Source of the DNA: Octopus vulgaris
Taxonomy: Eukaryota
Direction: 5' to 3'
Assembly: GCA_951406725.2 (NCBI GenBank)
Contig: OX597817.1
Coordinates: 19,096,001 to 19,160,000 of the forward strand
DNA: 64,000 nucleotides
Position numbers and translations under genes: made by a program. This document shows, in pieces, positions 53,543 to 64,000 of this stretch. Within the stretch, counting starts at the first letter, position 1. Every line of letters begins with the position of its first letter. The notes beneath the pieces are model-generated. The model searched no databases and had not been told where the DNA came from. It saw only the letters and a program-made list of their open reading frames with translations.

Positions 53543-53952
53543 CGCAGGAGTGGCTGTGTGGTAAGTAGCTTGTTTACCAACCACATGGTTCCGGGTTCAG
53601 TCCCTCTGCGTGGCACCTTGGACAAGTGTCTTCTACTATAGCCTCGGGCCGACCGAAGCCTTGTGAGTGGATTTGGTAGACGGAAACTGAAAGAAGCCTG
53701 CGTATATATGTATATATATGCATGTGTGTGTTTGTGTGTCTGTGTTTGTCCCCCTAGCATTGCTTTCCAACCGATGCTGGTGTGTTTATGTCCCCGTAAC
53801 TTTTGCGGTTCGGCAAAAAAGACCGATAGAATAAATACTGGGCTTACAAAAGAATAAGTCCCAGGGTCGAGTTGCTCGATTAAAGACAGTGCTCCAGCAT
53901 GGCCGCAGTTAAATGACTGAAACAAGTAAAAGAGTAAAAGAGTAAAAGAGTA
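53541..53952 (+). mobile_element. CORE-like octopus-type SINE, full length
   Basis: Match to 16497-16907 with (agtaaaag)3 tail. Confidence 0.9.
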
Positions 53953-54825
53953 TATGTATGTACGTATGTATGTATGTGTACGTGTGCGCTCGCTTGCGCG
54001 TGTGTATGTACGTATGAATATGTGTGGTGGGGTTATACGTCTTTTGTTTAAATTACCGTTGTTTATGCCAATGTTTTAACGTTTTGAACAGAACATAAAA
54101 TTTGAATTTCTTTGAACCAAATAGTCAAGAGTATGAAAGTATTCAACAGTTTGGTCATCTGTATCACCATCTTTACTTATTATGACAGTAACAACACTGG
54201 TTCGAAAGACAAGAAGATGGAAATGCATAAAAATAGAACAAAAAAGGGGGAAAAGGCACAGAAACAGATACAGACTGAATGACTCGCACAGAAAGTAATT
54301 AAGGAAGAGAAAAAGAAACTAACCAACACACAAAAAAAGTCAACTTTAAATTGGGCAAAATAGCTCAAAAGACGTGATGTAGGAGTGTAGTCAAGGGAAG
54401 TTGCAGTTTTTGAAACTGCGAACGTGGAAAAGTTTCAGGAGACATGAACAATTGCGACCACAATAGAGTTAATGAGGCTAACAACAACAACAACACTGTC
54501 GATGACGATGATGACAATGACAGGGACATGAACCAAAAAAAAAAACAAACAAAAGAGAGAAAAATAAAAAATAAACAGTAAGAACATGACCAACACCATC
54601 ATCAATAGTAATTCTATGAATATAGTTGTAGTAATAGTAGGGGAGGAGTAGGAGGAGGAGGAAGAGGAAAAGTAGGAGGAGGAGATGGAAGAGGAAGGGA
54701 GGATGAAAAAGAGGAGAGGGATGAAAAGTAGAATGATAACATAAAAACAAAAAAACAACAAACTAATATTAAATATATTACAAACTACAACCACAACCAC
54801 ACCAGAAGCACAACAACAGCACCAT

Positions 54826-54912
54826 CAACAACAACAACAACAATAATAATAATAATAATAATAATATAATAACAACAATAATAATAATAACAACAACAAC
54901 AATAATAGCAAC

Positions 54913-54945
<33 letters not shown>

Positions 54946-54995
54946 GATAATGATAATTATAATAATAATAATAATATTAATAATAATAATAATAT

Positions 54996-55049
<54 letters not shown>

Positions 55050-55065
55050 TAACAATAACAATAAC

Positions 55066-55109
<44 letters not shown>

Positions 55110-55147
55110 TAACAATAACAATAATTATAATAATGATAACAATAATG

Positions 55148-55214
<67 letters not shown>

Positions 55215-55262
55215 TAATAATGATAATAATAATAATAATAATAATGCATTTAATGATAATAT
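54826..55262. repeat. (AAC)n/(AAT)n trinucleotide microsatellite
   Basis: About 430 bp of aat, aac and gat triplets. Confidence 0.95.
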
Positions 55263-55754
55263 GATGTGATACAGACGAGTAAATGAACTAAAAAGAACCA
55301 GGACAATGACTGAAATAATACATGAAAAATATTTTACATAAAAAAAAGACTGATGATGATTTCTGTAGTTGGCTGAAACCAAATGAGATTGCTTTAAGGA
55401 GTCACACAAAAATACAAGAAAATGATAAAAGAAGCGAAGAAAATGATATAATAAATCAAGTTGAAAAAGAACCGACTGAAATAAGTGTATAAATATAGAT
55501 ATAATGGAAAATTCATAAAAAAAAGTGGAGTAGAAAAAGTGTGTACGAAAATACTGAAATATAGTTAGGTAAACACAGACAAACTCAAAATAAAACTAAA
55601 TTTGTAAGATACAGCAAGAGAATCATCCCACACTCTGCGATCACACCTGTATACTTTTATGTAAATACAGACATATGCATACATGCAAGCGACCATACAT
55701 ACATACAAACATACATGCATACATACATACGAACATACATACGTACATACATAC

Positions 55755-56119
55755 ATCATCATCATTGTTCGACCGTGGTCGAGACAATGGAATTTACCAT
55801 GCTACGCCAGACTTCACGGTCCATCATGACATTACGGAGGTCCTGTTGCTGGATGCCTGTATCCCTGGAGATTACATCAGGGTAGGAGAGTGTGCGCCCT
55901 CTGGTATTGCGAGTAGATGGCTTCCAGAGGAGAAGAGTAGAAATGACTTCTTTTTCAGCTCTACAACAATGTCCAGCAAACTGGACTCTCCTACCTTTCA
56001 CAAGAGATGACACAGGTGGTAGTTTCCCATATATTGCATTTTGGTTGGATGGCGCTTCCACGAGAGATTTTGAGCTCTCATAAGGAGGCGAGTGTAGGTT
56101 CCATCCAACCGCCTCTCAA
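55755..56119 (-). mobile_element. Young 3' fragment of an RTE/RTEX-like LINE with (GAT)n tail in (CATA)n
   Basis: ERRLDGTYTRLLMRAQNLSWKRH..RRVQFAGHCCRAEKEVISTLLLWKP..MMDREVWR, one frameshift. Confidence 0.85.
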
Positions 56120-56168
56120 CATACATACATACATACATACATACATACATACATACACACACATATAT

Positions 56169-56246
<78 letters not shown>

Positions 56247-56314
56247 AATCCAAACGGGAAACAAAAACAACAACAATGGAACAATTACAGTATTATTATT
56301 AATAGGCGCTCAGG

Positions 56315-56365
<51 letters not shown>

Positions 56366-56738
56366 TGGATGGAAGCACTCCGTCGGTTACGACGACGAGG
56401 GTTCCGGTTGCTCCGAATCAACGGAACAGCCTGCTCGTGAAATTAACGTGTAAGTGGCTGAGCACTCCGCAGACACGTGTACCCTTAACGTAGTTCTCGG
56501 GGATATTCAGCGTGACACAGAGAGTGACAAGGCCGGCCCTTTGAAATGCAGGTACAACAGAAACAGGAAGTAAGAGTGAGAGAAAGTTGTGGTGAAAGAG
56601 TACAGCAGGGATCACCACCATCCCTGCCGGAGCCTCGTGGAGCTCAATAAACACTCACAACGCCCGGTCTGGGAATCGAAACCGCGATCCTATGACCGCG
56701 AGTCCGCTGCCCTAACCACTGGGCCATTGCGCCTCCAC
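56366..56738 (-). mobile_element. tRNA-derived SINE (third family) with intact tRNA head
   Basis: ggaggcgcaatggcccagtggttagggcagcggactcgcggtc...ggtttcgattccc. Body matches 14891-15245. Confidence 0.9.
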
Positions 56739-57154
56739 TATATACATATATACATGCATACAGATCTACATACATACAAACAAAAATACCATGTTCTTGA
56801 TGTTGAAATTCCAATGAAGGAACTTTGGATCTAGGTTAGAAACCGGATCTTTACTTATTGCCAAGAATTGTTGAAATAAGCGGAATAATGACATACATAC
56901 TTACATGCATAAGATCATACAAATGTACGCAAATGTACGCCCTACTAACGAAATGGAAGTGCGATTAATCAACATCGAAAGGTAGATAAAGTATTCTTGA
57001 ATGGGATTTAAGTAAAAAAGCTCTAACTAAACAGTTGATGTTGACGGATTATTCGATAAACATTCTTCAACTAGAATCAGATTAACAAAGGACATCGCAC
57101 CTTTATAGTAGATTAACTTCAATCCTATTACATACTTAAATGCGTGTACGTTCG

Positions 57155-57208
<54 letters not shown>

Positions 57209-58380
57209 GTATATGTATAATCACAGACACACTAACATTCACACACATGCACACATGCATAAACACACGTACACACGCACACACATATCAAGATGTGATA
57301 GAGGAGCGATGAGAAAATATAGAAGTATATCAATGTCTGTGGTGATAAATCGATAAATCGATAGGTTTAGATTTACTGTTTTACAAACATCTGCAGTCAG
57401 TGGATGATCTGCAAATAAATTTTACATTGCATTCTCAACTATTGAATCATTCAGTTTGTGAAAGATTTCCCTAATCCCCTGATTAAATTCTAACCTTTAT
57501 CTACCAGTCTATCATTCTGTGTATACACTATAATATATACTTCGATATGGATCGAATGTTTTAACCGAGGTTATCAGAACAAATAGACAAAAGTACATAC
57601 AACGTAGAATTATATAGAACTGTCTTTTGGCCACATAATCAGGAAAGATCCTGGTGACTACATTGAATCCATTTTTTCTTGATCGAATCATTATTCAAGA
57701 CTCCACCTGTAACTGAGACATCAAGTTAAAAAACATCAATAAATCGGAAACCGAATTTGTATTAATAACATATTCCTGGCAGCTAGTTCAACCAATATAA
57801 TATTGTTGAGGTAAGCAGCGTAATTCTGATGCTATAATTCTATTTTAGAGCAACACTAATCTTTTAGGCAACACCTTTGTATAAAATTACACTAAATTAT
57901 ATACTTCGGCAAATTGTAAACAATTCTAATGTTTATCTCCTCTTCCTTAAGTGGAAAAAAGGTTCGTTTTGTTCTTTGAAATTTTATGATTAGGCGATCA
58001 CTAGTGTATAGCGTAAGAAAACAGACTATTCCCTAATCCTTTCAAGATCGGCTTTAATTAGGTTTCTCTAAATCTTCCAGGAAATAATCTAGCTCCGAAC
58101 AATCTTAAGAGATGTCCATTATAATACCGTTCTATAAACGGTTGCTACTGCTATACTCACACACACGTCTAAAATGGAATCCTAATGAAATCTATTTAAA
58201 TCTTTTGCAAACGTTCATTCTCGAACGCAGTTTAACATCACGCATACAGACGTGCTATTATTTTGCATAGCCTCCAAAAACAAAAATAGAAGCTGCACCT
58301 TGGAATGGCTTGTTGCGTAACATCTGTACTAAAGGCTAGCGATGCAACAGATTCTCCGCCTAAAACATAATACCTCTTAC

Positions 58381-58492
58381 CAATTCGACTACTCTGTATA
58401 TCAGTCATGTCAAATAGCCATCCTAACCTTGTGTTGATCTTGTAGATGTCAACATTCGGATATTCTATTTGAATACCAAGCGGATCATTCAT
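58381..58492 (-). CDS. Weak candidate exon (MNDPLGIQIEYPNVDIYKINTRLGWLFDMTDIQSSRI)
   Basis: Protein-like open frame ending at G|gtaaga. Acceptor is poor. Confidence 0.25.
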
Positions 58493-58572
58493 CTCAAGTA
58501 GTCAAAATGTTTATCACTATAGGACACGTAATAAGTTAATTAGAGAATCAGGACAAAATTTCGTTGTTTAAA

Positions 58573-58773
58573 TATTGGGTTGTCCGGAAAGTTCATGCAG
58601 ATTTTGAAAGGAAAGAAAAAGGTCAAAAAATACTTGCCATTACATTTTTAATCAACCAAATATGAACCATTTTGTTGCACAATACGTTTCCATCTTTCCT
58701 TTAACTTGAAAATACCCTCTTCCCAGAATTGAGGTGGTTTCATGGCAAAGAATTCATCAAGGTATCTTTTTAC
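58573..58773 (-). mobile_element. Mariner 3' end fragment
   Basis: VKRYLDEFFAMKPPQFWEEGIFKLKERWKRIVQQNGSYLVD* followed by TIR (tattgggttgtccggaaagttc on +). Confidence 0.85.
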
Positions 58774-58992
58774 GCTACTAAAGGAATTGAAATTAAGACT
58801 ATTCTGCAGAGAATAGGAGCCGCTGGAAACGGTCGTACTGCATCACTACTTGATATCTTGTTGCTTATTTTGATCATATATACGCGTGTTCAATTAAATG
58901 GAGCTGCTTGAAACGGTCGTACTGCACCACTATTTGATATCTTGTTGTTTATTTTGATCATATATACGTGTGTGTGTGTGTGTGTTTGTGTA

Positions 58993-59030
<38 letters not shown>

Positions 59031-59339
59031 TGTATGTCCATGTATATATGTATTAATGTGAAAGTATTAATCCATGTCTAACACCAAATTTTACACATCT
59101 GATTGTCTACGACAATCACTCCGGTGACAAATATTGATGATACACATGCAACAAATCCTGTTTTCTTTAGAATAAATCCGTTAATTATGACTAGGTCTAT
59201 GATAATAGTGAAGTTGTCTTGCGTGTGGCAATGAGTTTTATCTCTCGGCAGATGACCAGATGCCATACAAACTATCTAAAAACAAAACCTATCTATCCAG
59301 CTGCTATTCGAGTTTCTAGTTTATACTACGCATTATATA

Positions 59340-59860
59340 GAATGCATAACAAGCGACTTTTCGATAGCTTTCAGGGCATCATTGCATAGCTCACAATGTT
59401 CCCCCTATGCTTAGTAACCGTTGTACGGCTGGATACATAGGAGAAACTTAAGGTTAACCCTCCCACCAATTCATGATACAAGACCAGTCCAAAGCAACTG
59501 GTTTTGCATGATGATGTTCTCGATGCGTGCGGTTTTGCATCTTTTCAGTAACTTAGTGTTAGTGGTGTTGTCATTCCAAGAGACGATTTAGATTTGTTCC
59601 ATGCAGCTCATGTGCGACTGCTACTGTTTTCGCTAGAGTTAGTGGTTCGATATCTAAGTCTAATCGATATGAAAGTGGGTAAGTAGAACTACAATAAAAT
59701 AAACTCGAATCATAAGTTAGCTTAACATATTGTAACCGCAAGTAATACTGTAGGTGTCCAAATGACTTATTGGCCTTAAATATGTATGCTGTCACCTCAT
59801 CATCATTCCTGGCATTTTGTGAGATCAAACAGCTAAGTATATTGAGCCTCTACATTATGG
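59340..59860 (-). mobile_element. Decayed RTE-like LINE 3' part
   Basis: YLAV*SQNARNDDEVTAYIFKANKSFGHL, and later QLLWTGLVS. Confidence 0.55.
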
Positions 59861-60565
59861 CATATTTCCACAGCTGAGAAAGCGGGAGCAAATGTGGATG
59901 CTTTAAACATGGGCTGAACAATTCAAAAGCATGCTGATCTCTGAACCTCCAATTTCGGAAGATGCCATCTTGAAACCATACCCATATGCACACACGTGTA
60001 CCCATGCACACAGAAACACACTAAATTCAAATACATTCATATACATACATTGAATTATATATGCATGTATATGAGAGCGTGTGTATATGTGTGCTTATGT
60101 GTATGCAACACATACTAACCCTGACAGTCAAAATATACAACCATCCAAGTATAAGTATTCACATTTACAGATATGTAATAGACATACATTTATAGAATAT
60201 ATATTAAATTCAATTCATATTTTAAATATAAACTTCAATAGTTTAATCATTTTTTTTTATTTTTCGTCCTTTTTTCATTTCTATTAAGATTTTTTCTTCC
60301 TGTACTAGTCACCTGATAATATATGCTACGTTATTTTCCTATAAATTGTACTGAATTCTAATTTTACATGCATATATGCGTTCACTTTTCCTTCCACCTG
60401 TGAATATGAATTTCCTTGTAATGATATAAATCTATATTATTCTTCAAAAGAAACATTGCAATAGGAATTTCCATTAAAACGTACTGAAATCAGAATTGTA
60501 GAAGATTAGTACAAAATACTTTTTGGAAATGAAATATTTTAAATATGAATGTATGCATCTACGTA

Positions 60566-60630
<65 letters not shown>

Positions 60631-60647
60631 CACAAAATAAGCAACAA

Positions 60648-60702
<55 letters not shown>

Positions 60703-60760
60703 CACATATATATATATATATATACACATATATATATATAATATATATATATATATAAGT

Positions 60761-60793
<33 letters not shown>

Positions 60794-61524
60794 CATATAT
60801 ACGCACGCATATAAATATACATATATATACACACACGCACACACACACACATATGTGGCTGAAGAGTGCTCTACATACATACATATATATATATATATGT
60901 GTGTGTGTGTATGTGTATGCACCTGCGTGTGCATGTATTTGTACATACACACATACATATATAAATACACATATATATGTATGTGTGTGGGTACATAAAT
61001 ATTTGCGCATATTAATAAATGTATATGTTTATGTTTATACATATACACCCTTATATACACGTTCATGTACACAGATACTCCTACATAAATTCATAGGCGT
61101 ACTTTGCTACCACCATCTCTTTGAGTCGCAAAGATTTGAATATGTGACTTGATGTTTGGTTGATTACTTTGATATTGAGTTTTTGAAGAGTTGAATAAAT
61201 ATCTCTATATTTATAGGGAGATAAACATATTAAACGACTGATGCAATTTTATGAAAAAAAAAAAAACCCAAACTTTTCTAGTGTGTTTTTACCGCCATTC
61301 CGTAATATCGTTCAAATTTACCCTTTGGCAATGAAATGTTTGTGCAAAATTCTTCTTAATCGAGTGATCCTTTGAATGGCGTTATGACTACACTTTCTCA
61401 TCTACTAAACAATACAAACCTTTATATAGCACATACTGTTATTTCTATATATCAACATAGATCTATCTATATCTATCTATCCGTATGTGTGTGTATGCGT
61501 GTGTATGTATGTATACATATATGC

Positions 61525-61602
<78 letters not shown>

Positions 61603-61639
61603 ACATATATGCATATATATATATATATATATATATATA

Positions 61640-61956
61640 ACTGTCTATGTTTTTGGGGTTTGGTTTCTTTATATGAGTTCGTGTGTTGAAGTATAATCTG
61701 TTGTGTCTGGGAAGAATCGTTCTCATTTAGTGCCTTATAATCTAAAACACTCACTAGTAAAATTTCCACTCATTTACATATTTATTTTTCTAAAGGTTTC
61801 GTCGTGCCTTGCATCATTTTCAATATTGGAAAGTTTGCAAGACGCATAGAAAATTTTAGAAAAACAAATAAGTAAATGAGTGGAAATTTAACTAGTGAGT
61901 GTGTTAAATTATAAGGCATTAAAAGAGAATGACTCGCCCCAGACACAACTGAATAT

Positions 61957-61957
<1 letters not shown>
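61640..61957. repeat. Fold-back element between (TA)n tracts (about 130-bp arms, centre ttttcaatattggaaa)
   Basis: 61693-61824 is inverted at 61825-61957. A non-inverted relative lies at 9756-9945. Confidence 0.85.
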
Positions 61958-62019
<62 letters not shown>

Positions 62020-62141
62020 AAATTTTGATTCAGATGAATATGGTACTTAAGTTAAAGGCACCAGAATTTGGTATGGTATTATCCATATAAATCAAATGGG
62101 GGATTATAATCAAAATAAGCAACGAGTATATCCAAAGGTAG

Positions 62142-62229
62142 TGTAGTACAATCGTTTCATGCTACTTCATTTAATTAAACAATGTAAGTATTACATCAGT
62201 TTTAAAATGTAGAGCACTCTTCAGCCACA
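62142..62229 (-). ncRNA. Type I hammerhead motif with long loop II
   Basis: Minus strand: tgtgg CTGAAGA gtgct...agcat GAAA CGATTG TA ctaca. Family fragments at 58806-58970 and 60851-60876. Confidence 0.65.
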
Positions 62230-63119
62230 TATGGAATTTTTAAAATTAAATTGACACTGGTATATAGACAGAGAGGTGAATTTCATCAGTAAGAACGTGG
62301 TAGTAGAAGATCTTTCCTCATGGGATCTTTCCTCATGGGAATTTTCTATATATATGTATACATAGTATACATTAATATACATTATTTATTATATAAATAT
62401 ATAAACATTACCGTATGTTTTCATTGCTATCTAGGTATATAATTGTATTCTACTCTATTCAACTATCTAAATTGTAAGTTGTACGACGCTGTCCTGAACA
62501 TTAACCGTACTCACCCAGCCTAGTGTAATATAAATAATATTAAGTCTACAAGCGGCTGGGAAACCATCTCGCAGTGCTACTCAACTTCAGATAAGAATTT
62601 ATTGACATGTCTCCCTAAGTTACTTGCCATAAGGTATCTATATCATTTCATTATATATTTGTTACATTTATCATAGGTTGTTTTGTTTACTTATAACTAT
62701 TCACAGATCTTTGCAAACTATTTGGTTATCCATAATCTCCATTATACAATCAATAAATGTCAGTGTTTTTCTATATAATTTCTCTACTCTTGTAAAAGGA
62801 GAAAAACGAAGAAAATGTATCGATAACAAGAGTAATGGTAATACTAAAAATAATACTCTCTTTTGTTTTTATTGATTACTGGCGAGTGTTGTTTTGACGA
62901 AATTGGAAGTTCAAAAGTTTATCTTCATTCTTCGTTTTGGAAATTTATAAGTCAAAGAAGTTCATCAAGTTTTCTCAAGGTTTAGCAATGGTCTCTAATC
63001 AGTTGTTCGATCCTACTGATTTCACTGTGTATTAGCTTAAAGTATTGGAAATATTTACATACTAAATCTACCATGTTTAAACTTTACAAAGGTGTTTGTG
63101 ACACTTCACTGACACTGAC

Positions 63120-63202
63120 ACAGACACTACACACACACACACACGCACACACACATACACACACACACAAACACACACACAAACATACACGTCTATATAT
63201 AT

Positions 63203-63260
<58 letters not shown>

Positions 63261-63283
63261 CATACATGCATATACATACTGTA

Positions 63284-63315
<32 letters not shown>

Positions 63316-63392
63316 CATACATATATACATACATACTATATATATATATATATATATATAGTATGTATGTATATATGTATATATATATATAT

Positions 63393-63472
<80 letters not shown>

Positions 63473-63505
63473 CATGCATACAACCATATATATATATACA
63501 CATAT
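63120..63505. repeat. Compound (CA)n/(TA)n microsatellite; similar tracts occur throughout, e.g. 60560-60860
   Basis: Direct inspection. Confidence 0.95.
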
Positions 63506-64000
63506 ACGCTTACATGCATATGTCTGTGTACTGAACTATGTGTAAATAAATTCGCTGGTTCACGCTTGTGAATTGCAATGAACGAATCGTTTTAATTAAA
63601 TAAATGTGTGACAGACATTTGGTATAGAGTGGCAACTGGAAGAATTTAGAAAGAAACTGACTTTCCAATAATTTATTTCATGCTTGTGTAAAAAACACAC
63701 TACTTAAGTGTTATTCTAAGATGAAGACTTAGTAGCCATAATGATTTCCGTTCTATAATGCCCTGAGACCAAATACAGCTTAAGTTGTAATTGTATTTTA
63801 GAAGCAAGGACTCGGCGTATCATAAGAATGTGACATAAAACTGTCTTAGCGCTTAGATGAATTAGTCATATTTGACATATGTGAGTCAGTCATAAATTAT
63901 TTGTAGATAACCTAAGCGTCACAGTTCTCCAGTATTTGTTTTGGCTTCCAGGAATCGTCTAGGATCTTCAGGTAATAGTTGACAGCCCTGGTGTCCCATA

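Noticed and set aside
54435-55409. Poly-I, poly-Y and poly-L ORFs
   Set aside because: Translations of trinucleotide microsatellite.
56660-56738. tRNA-like sequence (also 2621-2695)
   Set aside because: Continues into a SINE body present in other copies; SINE head rather than a tRNA gene.
56800-56855. Hammerhead-like caatgaagg...gaaaccgg in the R4/Dong 3' UTR module
   Set aside because: All three copies lack CUGANGA and a convincing stem I.
60474-63545. Many YI/HT/CV-repeat ORFs here and throughout the window
   Set aside because: Dinucleotide microsatellites lack stop codons; not coding.

Overview
AT-rich, microsatellite-dense eukaryotic DNA. The SINE families and composition point to an octopus or other coleoid cephalopod, which is an inference. 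Most of the window is decayed mobile DNA: at least four tRNA-derived SINE families, RTE and R4/Dong-like LINEs, L1/Tx1-type ORF1 and CR1-like remnants, Tc1/mariner fragments, a full-span hAT with nested Helitron and SINE, and Penelope-like remnants. Candidate short exons suggest a + strand host gene (about 142-25920) and a convergent - strand gene ending at about 34858. A frameshifted Mab-21/cGAS-like (cGLR) reading frame lies antisense in a predicted intron at about 12.5-13.5 kb. The main unexplained signal is a set of roughly eight unrelated short elements embedded in (TA)n tracts. Each carries a type I hammerhead ribozyme motif (CUGANGA...GAAA...UH, usually with a palindromic stem III), and several are built as tandem plus inverted copies. 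The best case is a 352-bp monomer array at 26178-27138 that looks like a non-LTR retrozyme, a putative self-cleaving circular RNA replicon. All family assignments are by eye from motifs; no searches were run.
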